A program made the translations under genes and the position numbers. The notes under the pieces are model-generated. The model worked only from the letters and a program-made list of their open reading frames with translations, was not told where the DNA came from and did not search any database. Positions 29,164 through 39,105 of a stretch of DNA of 64,000 bases are shown here, one piece after another (the first letter of the stretch is position 1; the number at the start of each line of letters is the position of its first letter). This stretch comes from an uncultured virus (IMG/VR IMGVR_UViG_3300033069_000955) (lineage: Duplodnaviria; Heunggongvirae; Uroviricota; Caudoviricetes), in the IMG/VR virus record IMGVR_UViG_3300033069_000955. One strand, given 5' to 3'.

Positions 29164-32100
29164 TGAATGAGTTCGCTACAGCATATTTAACTCCTTTTTC
29201 TTGGGCAAGAACTGCTTTTGAAAGAGTTCTTACATCAAGTACTGATCAGACTATTGACGTTAAACCAGAAGATTTAACGAAACCAATAGTACAACAACTA
29301 TCTGTTTATCCTTCTGAAATCAACAATACTTCAGACTGGAATACTTCTTCATTAAATATTTCTTCTGATTTAGCTGGAATTTATGCTGCTTTAAATAAAG
29401 GTGATGAATATATCAACACCCTCAGACAAAAACTGCTTGCTAGAATTGATGAAGGAGAAAAGAAACTTAGGACTCTAGAAGCATCTATTAGAGCAATAAG
29501 AAGCGTATTGCCGAATACTGCTACGACTGCTGTTGCTATTTCTGGTGGGGATACTAGTTGGATTGATCTTTCCAGTAAGTACTATAAAGATGCTCCTCCT
29601 TTAAGATTTGTTGCAGAGGAGGGGTGTTATAGATTACCAGATACAGGTTCTTTCAGTGCTATCAGATCTAATGGTAGTTTAGGTGGTTCTGCTTATATAG
29701 AAAAAACAGTTACACCACTAGAACAAATTGGTTATGTTAGGTCTATTACCGATGGTGCTAGGGATACTTACTGGTTAGCTACATCTTATCTTCCAGCATT
29801 GGTTAAAGCAGCAACATCAGATATTGCTTGGCTTCCAACTGAATACACCCATGGTTCAGCTGTTCTTTTAACTTATAAGATGGACAGGCCTACTTTGGCA
29901 GGTGAAGTTTTTCTTGATCCTATTAGCACCGAACCTTTTAATTTACTTAGTGTTAGTTGGACTCCTTTAACTATTAAAAACTGTTTACTTACTCCGACCT
30001 TCGCTAGTTCAGGTGCTGGTTGGAGCTACGCTAATCAGGCATATAGGGACAGCACTAATTCTTTGGCTATTTTACCAGGAGCGTCTGGTATGATTAGTCA
30101 AATTTTTAATGTTCAAACAGCATTAAATACCAGCTTGTCTGGAATTGTAGCAAGTTCGGGTGTTGTTTTTGGGCAACGTGCTGAAATGGTTATTAGTGGT
30201 AAGTCTAAGGGAGACTGTCAAACTAATGCTAGATTAGCTTGGTATGATAGTAGTGGGTATGAGATATCTAGTTATACTACATCAGTACTCCTTCCAGCAT
30301 TTTATCAAGAAGTAAGATTCTCAGACTATGCTCCACAAAGAGCTGTTTCTGGAAGATTGGATATTTATTTAAATTGTACTACGACATCTGCAACCGCTTA
30401 TATACGTTCTGCTAACTTATATTTTGGTGAGGAGAAATGGTCCTGTAATCAAAAAATAGATTCTCCAGCAACAATTCCACTTCCTAAGACGGTAACAAGC
30501 TCAAGATTTAGTTTCTGTTTGACTCAAACATCTCCTCGTAGAGAGTCCTATGTGAACAAATCTAAGTCTGATAATATATCAAATACCATCCTTCCAGAAT
30601 ATATTGATTCTACTTTACAGGATATAGTAGATAGTACAAAGAAAAGCCTATCTTCTATTGGACCTGGACAAACAGTATTTGCATATAAATTTGGGTTAAG
30701 AGAACTTGATTTAAGATACAGAGAATATGTCCCCAGGGCTACTTTAACTTCTATTCCTCTTCTAACTAGAAAGGAAATTAGAAATATTTGGATTTCAGTA
30801 GATATTGACAATCTATATACCAATGGGATTGGTTTTTATGTAATTCCCTTTGATAAAGACGATACCTTTAAAATTCCCTTAAAACCTTACAAAGTAGGCG
30901 ATGCTGATAATTTCGGTAGAGCTGTCTACAGTGAAGGAAGTATTTTAAGCATCTTTACCCCCGAAGAAGAAGCTGCTGGATGGGCTACTAATTCACCTTT
31001 ACGAATTATTAGTGAGCCTATTAAAGTCAGACAAGTATTTGAAGGTACTGATAGAGATGGTCGAATACAGCTCAACAAGGTAACTCATGTACGAAGGCCT
31101 AGTATTCGTACTATAAATACTTGGTTCAAAACTTATTCTATTTGGCCAAACTTTTTTGACCCTAATTCTGAGAATATTGTGGGTATTAGAGATGGGTTGC
31201 TGAGAGAAAATATTAGGTCCAACTCTAGTGATATTAATATTTCGCAAGATGATATTATCACTACACCAGGATATATTCCAATTAAGGTTACTGTTGCCAC
31301 TAGTAGATGGACTGCTCCACAAGATATTTATGGTAAACCAGATACAGTAGGTCTTAGAACAGCAGTCAACGAAATCTTAAAGAAAACTGATATTACTGAA
31401 ACTTCTGTAGAAGTAGATTCGGATTATATTACCTTTGAGCAGTATCTAAGTTCTACTTATTTCAAGGATTTTCTAACTAGAAATCCTACTCATACGTTTG
31501 GCAATATAACTGTCCCTTGGGCATTTGGGCAGGGAAGATTTAGTTCTTCTAGTAAGACATTTTTCCTCGGGGAAAAAACCTTAAAAGAAATTATTGATCT
31601 TTTCCAAGGTAATTTTGGTTCAAAGGGTGGTGGTTTTAGTCAATTCAATAACCCACTCTCAACTAGAAAAGACTCAAACTTTACAACTCTTGGAGGATCT
31701 TTGATTGGTGGAAGACTTGCCTCACTACCAAAAAATAATTTCTCTGACTCCTTCCAAAAGAGCAGTGACGGCTTTAAACCATACAAGTCTAATGTTAATT
31801 TTAATTATGATTCCATATCAGCAGCCACTCAACCAAAAAATGATGGGGGAATTTCTGGGGTCATATTAAGAGCAGCCTTAGCAGAATATGAAAGATTCAA
31901 AGCAAATAGAATGTTACCGAAGTCACGCGACTTTACAACTACTAAAACTTCTACTGTAGCTGGGCTGCTTGCGTATAGAACTGAGTTTTCACCTATTGTT
32001 AAGGGAGCAGGTGGTAGTTTGTTTAAACTCTATTGGGTAAACGAAGATCACGAAAGACTTTTAATCTCCCCAAATAATTATAGTATCAATAGTGCAAATG

Positions 32101-32588
32101 GTGTTATCGTATTAAAAGTCGGTATGCCTGAGGGATATGAAACATTAGTTGCTGATTACAAATATATAAACAAAACAAATGAGAACTCTCATTTTGCAGA
32201 TACTTTAAGTTTAATCAATACTCCGACTACAACTGATGACGTTGTATTAGGATCTAAAACTTTCCCAATTTGTAGAAATATGACTGATTATGTATCTGGT
32301 AGGGTTCCTAATCTAAAGAGACCTAATTTTGATACACTTAATAATGATTACTATCCAGTTATTGAATACTATATTACACCAGATGGTGACATTGTTTTTG
32401 CCAGAGACTTTTTTGCCTACGGGGAAATGCCAGCAACAATTACAGTTGAGTATGAGACTTTAGGAGTTAATCCTAGACTAGAAGTAACTATAGTCAGATC
32501 TTCTGGAGCTAATACAACGCCTAGAATTTTTGGAATAAATCTCAGAACTAGAGAAGGAACGGCCTCGCCGCTTAGAGAAGGAACATAA
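29163..32588 (+). CDS. Large baseplate-associated structural protein (paralogue family)
   Basis: N-terminal coiled coil, beta-sandwich body with CBM-like segment, C-terminal TPRIFGINLR. Confidence 0.55.
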   Translation: MNEFATAYLTPFSWARTAFERVLTSSTDQTIDVKPEDLTKPIVQQLSVYPSEINNTSDWNTSSLNISSDLAGIYAALNKGDEYINTLRQKLLARIDEGEKKLRTLEASIRAIRSVLPNTATTAVAISGGDTSWIDLSSKYYKDAPPLRFVAEEGCYRLPDTGSFSAIRSNGSLGGSAYIEKTVTPLEQIGYVRSITDGARDTYWLATSYLPALVKAATSDIAWLPTEYTHGSAVLLTYKMDRPTLAGEVFLDPISTEPFNLLSVSWTPLTIKNCLLTPTFASSGAGWSYANQAYRDSTNSLAILPGASGMISQIFNVQTALNTSLSGIVASSGVVFGQRAEMVISGKSKGDCQTNARLAWYDSSGYEISSYTTSVLLPAFYQEVRFSDYAPQRAVSGRLDIYLNCTTTSATAYIRSANLYFGEEKWSCNQKIDSPATIPLPKTVTSSRFSFCLTQTSPRRESYVNKSKSDNISNTILPEYIDSTLQDIVDSTKKSLSSIGPGQTVFAYKFGLRELDLRYREYVPRATLTSIPLLTRKEIRNIWISVDIDNLYTNGIGFYVIPFDKDDTFKIPLKPYKVGDADNFGRAVYSEGSILSIFTPEEEAAGWATNSPLRIISEPIKVRQVFEGTDRDGRIQLNKVTHVRRPSIRTINTWFKTYSIWPNFFDPNSENIVGIRDGLLRENIRSNSSDINISQDDIITTPGYIPIKVTVATSRWTAPQDIYGKPDTVGLRTAVNEILKKTDITETSVEVDSDYITFEQYLSSTYFKDFLTRNPTHTFGNITVPWAFGQGRFSSSSKTFFLGEKTLKEIIDLFQGNFGSKGGGFSQFNNPLSTRKDSNFTTLGGSLIGGRLASLPKNNFSDSFQKSSDGFKPYKSNVNFNYDSISAATQPKNDGGISGVILRAALAEYERFKANRMLPKSRDFTTTKTSTVAGLLAYRTEFSPIVKGAGGSLFKLYWVNEDHERLLISPNNYSINSANGVIVLKVGMPEGYETLVADYKYINKTNENSHFADTLSLINTPTTTDDVVLGSKTFPICRNMTDYVSGRVPNLKRPNFDTLNNDYYPVIEYYITPDGDIVFARDFFAYGEMPATITVEYETLGVNPRLEVTIVRSSGANTTPRIFGINLRTREGTASPLREGT

Positions 32589-32589
32589 A

Positions 32590-34656
32590 ATGAGTTTCCA
32601 ATTAGATCAATTAGAACAATTATTATCAAATGTTGATTTCACCACTGCTGATCGGGGTGGCTTGGAGTCAAGTGTACTTAAGGTTCTTGTTGAATTAAAT
32701 CTTGGAGCTAAAAATAATCCTAGTCCGATTGCTCCTTTAGCGGATCCAATTAAACTTGATGATTTAGTTGGAGATAATTTTAGATGGAGCGTAGGTCAAG
32801 TTAATGACTTAGCTAAAGCTGTAGATTTAATCTATTTAGATCTTGTAGATATAAATAACACTTTTATGTCCGATTTAGAGAATGCTGAGAAGATAATTTC
32901 TACTACCTCTGATGCTGTACAAAACGTTACCTCTTTAACTCAAGATCAAGCAAAAAACTATGTGTGGATTAGTGATAGTTTTAATGATAATGTTTATGTT
33001 GATTCTTCCAAATCTTCAGCATTAATAGATACCGATACTGGGTCGGTTGTATTAAACCCATCTACACAACAAACTATTGATTTAGTTGACGTTAATATTG
33101 AAAGAGAAAGATTAGCTGGTATTCCTGGCTGCAATATGCTTCTTTTGGATACTAAGTCTTTGTCAAATGTTGATGTATCACCTATTCCTACTTTAGAAAA
33201 AGCAGAAGTTAAAGATATTAGCAATATTTCAGATAACAATAATCAGACTTGGTTTGAAATAGAAAGAAACTTAATTCCTAAAACTCAGCCCCTCAGAAGA
33301 GCAGGAAGAGCTTTGGTTTATGGTGCAGGTTCCCCTAAGAAAGATATAGTTAAAGAGACTAGTGATTATGATTGGCGAGTAGCAATTACATATCCTGATG
33401 GTTTTGTTGACTTGGGTCCTAACAAACAAGGGGTCAATATGGCTGAGTTCTTAGAGGAATTTGAGGATCCAACTAGTGGAAGCAAATATAATGCTAGTTG
33501 TGAAATCAGAATGGATCTTATAGTACCACAACCACTTTCTGATGTTAAAATTATTCCTTTTGTAAGAGATGGACAGGGCCAAGTACTACTTGAAAAATTG
33601 AGTGTTATTTGTGAAGGACAATCTATTTTACTAGCTAAAGATGTTGACCTTACTATTCAAGCAAAATCTACTCAAACCTTACAAAAAGAAATTTTACGTC
33701 GTACAGGTTCTTCAAGTATCGGAAGTGTATTCCCGGTTCCGACGAATAGAGAGATTACTTCTGTAGTTGCTATATTTAAAGGGAAACCTTATCAAGTAAA
33801 AACAGGATTAGCGCACCAATTTAAAGAAGAGTATATTGAACAAAAAACCAAAAGACGTTATTTAATTACTTCTTCAACTAACACTACTCATAAGTGGGTA
33901 AGAAAACCTATATCAGAAGCTCCTTTAGGACTAACTGTCAACAAAAAAGAAATAAATCTCTTAGGAACAACTCAACCTTTCTTCAATGATCTCTTTCAGT
34001 TAGGAGGCGGTATAGGTGGTTTGTTATCTGGTACTGGTACCAACAAAAAGATTTTAAATTTGATAAGTGGAGCTGGTAGTCAAAACCAATTAACTCAAAT
34101 TTCTGGTTTGCTTTCTGGTATTAAGGGTCTTGGAGGGTTGGGTTCTGTTATTGGTAAGGCAGGAAGCTTCTTAACAAAAGCCCTACCAGTTATTGGTACT
34201 GGTTTGTTAGTAGCAGATGTTTTAAAAACAGGATTTGCAGTTACTACTACTCGTAAAACTTTAAATGAAGAAAATGGTTATGATATTTTCAATGGTTGGA
34301 GATCATATGTAGCTATTAGAGATATAACTCTTAACAGAACCACATACTCAGATTATTCTGAAGTTATTTCAGTTAAAAGAGAATTTCCAGTCCCTGTAAA
34401 GAAAATAGGTTTGATTGTTGAATATGATATTCCTTCTGATTGGGGACAGGGTGATTGGATTTCATTCTTCTTATCGGTTGATGGTAGTACATGGAATAAT
34501 GTAAAGTCATTAAGTGAAACAACCTTGGAACAATCTTTTACTCCTAATGAACCAAACCAAACTGTTTATTTTAAGGCAGTAATAAGAGGCAATCCTCTTG
34601 ATCCATTTAAGAGCCCTATTTTGAAGCACTATACTCTTATGGGACTTCCCAACTAA
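32590..34656 (+). CDS. Baseplate-associated structural protein with Gly-rich amphipathic insert
   Basis: SFND..VD..SALIDTDTGSVVL motif; C-terminal SPILKHYTL. Confidence 0.55.
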   Translation: MSFQLDQLEQLLSNVDFTTADRGGLESSVLKVLVELNLGAKNNPSPIAPLADPIKLDDLVGDNFRWSVGQVNDLAKAVDLIYLDLVDINNTFMSDLENAEKIISTTSDAVQNVTSLTQDQAKNYVWISDSFNDNVYVDSSKSSALIDTDTGSVVLNPSTQQTIDLVDVNIERERLAGIPGCNMLLLDTKSLSNVDVSPIPTLEKAEVKDISNISDNNNQTWFEIERNLIPKTQPLRRAGRALVYGAGSPKKDIVKETSDYDWRVAITYPDGFVDLGPNKQGVNMAEFLEEFEDPTSGSKYNASCEIRMDLIVPQPLSDVKIIPFVRDGQGQVLLEKLSVICEGQSILLAKDVDLTIQAKSTQTLQKEILRRTGSSSIGSVFPVPTNREITSVVAIFKGKPYQVKTGLAHQFKEEYIEQKTKRRYLITSSTNTTHKWVRKPISEAPLGLTVNKKEINLLGTTQPFFNDLFQLGGGIGGLLSGTGTNKKILNLISGAGSQNQLTQISGLLSGIKGLGGLGSVIGKAGSFLTKALPVIGTGLLVADVLKTGFAVTTTRKTLNEENGYDIFNGWRSYVAIRDITLNRTTYSDYSEVISVKREFPVPVKKIGLIVEYDIPSDWGQGDWISFFLSVDGSTWNNVKSLSETTLEQSFTPNEPNQTVYFKAVIRGNPLDPFKSPILKHYTLMGLPN

Positions 34657-34660
34657 GAAC

Positions 34661-36904
34661 ATGTTAATTGATAATGTACAAAAATTAGTTTTACTTGACG
34701 AGGCCGCTAAAAAAGGATTAACTCGTTTTCAATTAGTTTCTATCCCAGAGACTTTTGAGAAAATTGTAGGTGACTTAACCAAAAGTGAATATGGCCTACC
34801 TTTAACAAGACCATATACTCCAAAAGTTGGAGATAATATTGATGTTGCTAAAATAGCTAAGTATTTTGTAAATACAAATAGAGATTTAGCAGTTGGAATA
34901 CAATCTGCTATTATCGTAAATGAGAAACTTAGATATATAAAGAACGAGTTTTGGGTTAGAAGTCAAAATTTAAAAAACAAAGCTAACTTACTTGCTCATA
35001 CTGCTGAATTAGAAGGATTTAAAAGCAAGAGTCAATCAGTTTGGGTTTTTGGTAATTCTTTTAATGACACTGCAATGATTGATATGTTGCAGACAACAGC
35101 CTGGATCGATTCCAGTGAAGGTATTGTATTTTTACCAACAGCACTACAAACTTCTTCTATAACTCCTAACAACATAACTGTTGAGTCTTACCAATGGGCT
35201 ACTGGTTCGGATTCGTTAGGGTCTAAGCCAGATATGGCTGTAGATGGTTTAGAAAGCACTAGTTGGAAGGGATTATTTATTCTTGGTAACGAATTTAATT
35301 ACGGCACTTTTAAGTTTGATAAACCATACAATATTTCCAGTCTTCAAATAGATCCTACTGGATTTGGTATGACTTTAACTATTGAAGTAGATACTGGTAA
35401 AGGGTTTAGCCAAGTTATCAGTGAAATTATATATAAGACAACTACTTTTATTATTGGTCAAGAGCAAGTTAGAAGAATACGTATTGGATACCAACCAGCT
35501 ACAGCAGTTTTACCTAAATCTGTAGGAATCAGGAATATGAGACTGTATACGGAGAACACAAGTGATGTTGCTTCTTTGTATACTAAAGCGATTGATGTCC
35601 CTATAAACTATTCAGAATTGCTTATTGATTTTAACTCACAAATTCCTACTGGAACCAAGATTAAATCTTTTGTGTCCTTTGATGTGGGAGCAACCTGGAG
35701 GGAGTTAACTAAAAATACTTGGACTCCAATTAATACTAATGACACAACCATCGTAAAACTTAATAAAAATAATATGATTGAAGATGGTGGTTATTATGCT
35801 GTACCTGTAGATAAGGTGCCCATTACTCCTACCGAAGGAATTATGTTGATTGGTAAAAATCAAGTTGAAGTAAGTGCTTTTAAAAAAGATTACGTAGCAC
35901 TTGGAGAAATGCCTCATGTTCCTCAACTAACTGATTTTGAACAAGAAGATATTAAGAAGTTTAGAACATGGTTAAGTGTTCCTACTTCTAATGAACGAAC
36001 CTTAACAAATCGACTTTACTTAAAACCTGGTTCTAGCCAAGTTACTCAGATTATTAAAGGACGAGATATTCTTCCTTTTCAATATCAAGTAGAAAACCAG
36101 AATTTTTCTGATTTAGGTTTTATTCTTCTTTATGGTTCTGATGTAACTTCTATCTGCCAACAAAACCATACTTACAAAACTTCGTTTTATGTTTTCTCTG
36201 AGAAGGATTATTTTGTTGATTATGCTAAGTTCTTCTTCTTGCAGGGGTATAGGTCTAGAAATTTTAGGTCGTTTAACGAAACAAATAGAAGTTACGGTGC
36301 TTTTTCTTTATTTGTTAATGGAACTACTGTTGTATCTGCATCTAAACCTTTTACCATTTATACTTCTCAAGATTTAAATGGTGGTTATATTGAGGGCGGT
36401 ATTAACGGTATCGGAGAAAATGGAAGTTCTTATAGTTACTCATTAAAGAGGGGCTGGAATCTAGTAGAGATAATGGTTCACACACTAGACCCCAAAATTT
36501 ATGGGGAAGATTTAGGTTCAAATGGATATCCACCATTCTTGTTCTTATCTTTATATCCCTCTTTCTTTGATCCTGCTTTCCAAGACGAAGCTGCAATTTC
36601 TAAAATAGTTGCTAGTGGAGAGTCTAAACCAGTATCCGAATTTGAATTGCTTTGGAATATTCCACAAGATTTTAACTACTGGGCATGGTCTTCTACAAAT
36701 ACTAGGGTGTTCTTTAATACTTGGTATACATCACCAATTGATGGATATATAAAAGGAACTGGGCCAGCTTATGAGATAGAGTATAAGGCTTCACCTGACT
36801 ATAACCCTTCTATTTCTAGTATAAACCTTAGGTTTGATTTATTAAAAGAACCTACGGTAAAGACAGGACCTATTCTCCAAGATTATAAAGTGTCGTTGAG
36901 GTAA
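34661..36904 (+). CDS. Baseplate-associated structural protein with discoidin/F5-8-like domain
   Basis: SFND..ID..TAWIDSSEGIVFLP; AVDG..STSW motif; C-terminal GPILQDYKV. Confidence 0.55.
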   Translation: MLIDNVQKLVLLDEAAKKGLTRFQLVSIPETFEKIVGDLTKSEYGLPLTRPYTPKVGDNIDVAKIAKYFVNTNRDLAVGIQSAIIVNEKLRYIKNEFWVRSQNLKNKANLLAHTAELEGFKSKSQSVWVFGNSFNDTAMIDMLQTTAWIDSSEGIVFLPTALQTSSITPNNITVESYQWATGSDSLGSKPDMAVDGLESTSWKGLFILGNEFNYGTFKFDKPYNISSLQIDPTGFGMTLTIEVDTGKGFSQVISEIIYKTTTFIIGQEQVRRIRIGYQPATAVLPKSVGIRNMRLYTENTSDVASLYTKAIDVPINYSELLIDFNSQIPTGTKIKSFVSFDVGATWRELTKNTWTPINTNDTTIVKLNKNNMIEDGGYYAVPVDKVPITPTEGIMLIGKNQVEVSAFKKDYVALGEMPHVPQLTDFEQEDIKKFRTWLSVPTSNERTLTNRLYLKPGSSQVTQIIKGRDILPFQYQVENQNFSDLGFILLYGSDVTSICQQNHTYKTSFYVFSEKDYFVDYAKFFFLQGYRSRNFRSFNETNRSYGAFSLFVNGTTVVSASKPFTIYTSQDLNGGYIEGGINGIGENGSSYSYSLKRGWNLVEIMVHTLDPKIYGEDLGSNGYPPFLFLSLYPSFFDPAFQDEAAISKIVASGESKPVSEFELLWNIPQDFNYWAWSSTNTRVFFNTWYTSPIDGYIKGTGPAYEIEYKASPDYNPSISSINLRFDLLKEPTVKTGPILQDYKVSLR

Positions 36905-36906
36905 AC

Positions 36907-37851
36907 ATGCCAGGAAGTTCTTACAACCTACCATTAGATCTTGATCCTAGAGAAGGATACGGAGAAATTACCGTAGAATATGATCAAGTTTTAGACTTAT
37001 CTAGAGAAGGAGAGGGTTCTTCTAGTACAAATACAGGTACATCTATCCCACACGGGGGAGACACTGGAGGAAGTTCTGGGGGTAGTTCTGGAGGGGATAT
37101 AGGAGTCCCTGGATCTAGTGGTGGGGGTACTAGAACACTTGATGCAGTAAGCTATGATTCTGGTGGTTTTAATCTTCCATCTAGCCAAGAGTTTAGCCAA
37201 CTTGCCACTTCTGGTTTTAGTAATGATATTTATGAGAACCTAGCCGCATCTCCTACTCAAACTTACCATAACTCTCAAGTAGCAAATCTTACTGCTATTT
37301 TTAGTGGGATTAGGATTATAAATCCTTTGAGTATTGAGATTGATAGGGATCCTACTTCTGTTATTGTGGGCGTATCAGGAAATGATTTACCACATAATCC
37401 AGGTGGTGGTGGATCTGGTGGTCCTGGAGGGGGTCCTGGTGGAACAGATAATCCAACTGGCAGTGGTCCTATTCCTAATACTGGTGGAGTTGTTGTTGAG
37501 TCTGGTGTAGATGTTGGTGGTCCCCCAATTAATGGAGGATCTGGGCCAGGTTTAAATCTCTTCCTTCCACCCAGCAGAACAATTGCTGGAGTTAATTTAC
37601 CTTTCAGAATTAACCATAGAAGCAGAGGGGCAAGAGAGTCCACTAAATTTATTTTACTTGGTCAAAAATTGTTTTATATTATTTTGGCTTTAACAGAAAC
37701 TCTCAAAGTTGGACAAAGAAAAGTAGATGATAATTTTGATTCAATTTATCCTACTGATGCCCAAATAGCCCAAGTACAACATTGCCTTATTCAAGTTAAA
37801 TTTTTCGAAGAACTTCGAACTAGAAAAGCCACTAATAGATGGTTTAATTAA
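36907..37851 (+). CDS. Gly/Pro/Ser-rich low-complexity structural protein
   Basis: GGSSGGSSGG and PGGGGSGGPGGGPGG tracts followed by a helical C-terminus. Confidence 0.5.
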   Translation: MPGSSYNLPLDLDPREGYGEITVEYDQVLDLSREGEGSSSTNTGTSIPHGGDTGGSSGGSSGGDIGVPGSSGGGTRTLDAVSYDSGGFNLPSSQEFSQLATSGFSNDIYENLAASPTQTYHNSQVANLTAIFSGIRIINPLSIEIDRDPTSVIVGVSGNDLPHNPGGGGSGGPGGGPGGTDNPTGSGPIPNTGGVVVESGVDVGGPPINGGSGPGLNLFLPPSRTIAGVNLPFRINHRSRGARESTKFILLGQKLFYIILALTETLKVGQRKVDDNFDSIYPTDAQIAQVQHCLIQVKFFEELRTRKATNRWFN

Positions 37852-37855
37852 TACT

Positions 37856-38935
37856 ATGACAAACAACAATTTCAACAATAATCTTAAAACTACTGGCATC
37901 TTAGTTGATAGTATTGATTACCCTAAGATTAAATCTGGTGGATCTTCTAGCAGTAGTGTGCTAAATAGGTTTCACGACTTAATTACTAAAGACATTGGAT
38001 CCATTTTAGTTTACTTGAATAGAATGGTAGATAGATCTACTAGGATTGCTGATGCGTCAAGTGCTCAGTCTGCGGCTCTAAATGCTCCATTGACAAGTCT
38101 TAACTCTAGAGTAGATACTTTATTAGATGATTCTAGTTTCGTTATGGCAGACTTCTTTACCAGTAATTATATCTCTACTTCTGGAAGTGATACTGTTGCT
38201 GATGTTAGTAGCTTGTTTGGCTATGTGACTTTGCCGATTACTAGTTCTACTAACTTACTGCTACATACTGATAGTTATGGTAATAATCAGGTTTCTTCCG
38301 AGGTTCAATTATCCTATACTACTCAAGCTGTTCCTCAAAACTATGATTTCGTTAATTCTTCTAACGGCTTAGATATGCTGCTTAGAAAAAATGTTTGGCT
38401 AATTGATGCTCCTGGTAGAGCTGCATGGATTAAAATTAAAGCTCCTCTCCAGTATTTAGGACTAAATCCGAATGTGTTGGAACTATACCCATTCCCAGCT
38501 TTTGGAGCTGATATTGAAAGCGTACAATACCAAAGAGCAGGAGCTGGCTTAGGTGGTGAGTGGGTTGATGTTGATATCAGCTATGTTCCTGGATACAACA
38601 CTGGGACACAGAAAATTGAAGCAGCTGGTCCTTTGAGAATTTATTTAGAAGGAGAACCCATTTCACAAATTAGATTTAAAATGACTCCAAAAGGAGACTA
38701 TAGATTTGGTTTGTATGATGTAAAAGTTCTGAGTAACTCTTATAGTCAATCAGGAACATTAACTGTAAAAGACCCTGATTCTAGAACTATTGATGGTTTA
38801 ACCATTTATGGTAAAGACCCAGAAGACTTGGCAAACCTGTCTACTAGTTTAACTGCTAACAAAGCTAGAATAGAATTGGTGAGTACTTCGACCTATAAGA
38901 CACCAGTTATTAACAGGGTAGTTTTGAGCCTGTAA
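37856..38935 (+). CDS. Baseplate-associated structural protein (paralogue family)
   Basis: Helical N-terminus, ADVSSLFGYVTLP motif, C-terminal TPVINRVVL. Confidence 0.55.
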   Translation: MTNNNFNNNLKTTGILVDSIDYPKIKSGGSSSSSVLNRFHDLITKDIGSILVYLNRMVDRSTRIADASSAQSAALNAPLTSLNSRVDTLLDDSSFVMADFFTSNYISTSGSDTVADVSSLFGYVTLPITSSTNLLLHTDSYGNNQVSSEVQLSYTTQAVPQNYDFVNSSNGLDMLLRKNVWLIDAPGRAAWIKIKAPLQYLGLNPNVLELYPFPAFGADIESVQYQRAGAGLGGEWVDVDISYVPGYNTGTQKIEAAGPLRIYLEGEPISQIRFKMTPKGDYRFGLYDVKVLSNSYSQSGTLTVKDPDSRTIDGLTIYGKDPEDLANLSTSLTANKARIELVSTSTYKTPVINRVVLSL

Positions 38936-39105
38936 CCGATTTTTTGAAAAAAAAGTCAAAAAAGTTGAGCAATAAGCTCGACGCGAAAGGTTACATAAAT
39001 GAAGATTAATACTTAGGTAAGGACAAACTTAAGTTACAATCTTTTGACAATTTACAAAGAGACTCTACACATAGAGAACCTTATCAAATAGAGAAAACTT
39101 AGTAT

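Noticed and set aside
1422..38935. Bacterial extracellular contractile injection system or tailocin instead of a phage
   Set aside because: RNR, RuvC, homing endonucleases, inteins, a divergent GroEL and dense unknown ORFs in the same contig fit a large lytic phage.
38931..38995. Hammerhead ribozyme (three stems plus CGAAA)
   Set aside because: The required CUGAnGA core is absent; kept only as a generic structured element.
39044..39072. Sigma70 promoter from a perfect TTGACA at 39044
   Set aside because: No good -10 at 17 nt spacing (best is TACACA at 16 nt); TTGACA alone is expected by chance in AT-rich DNA.
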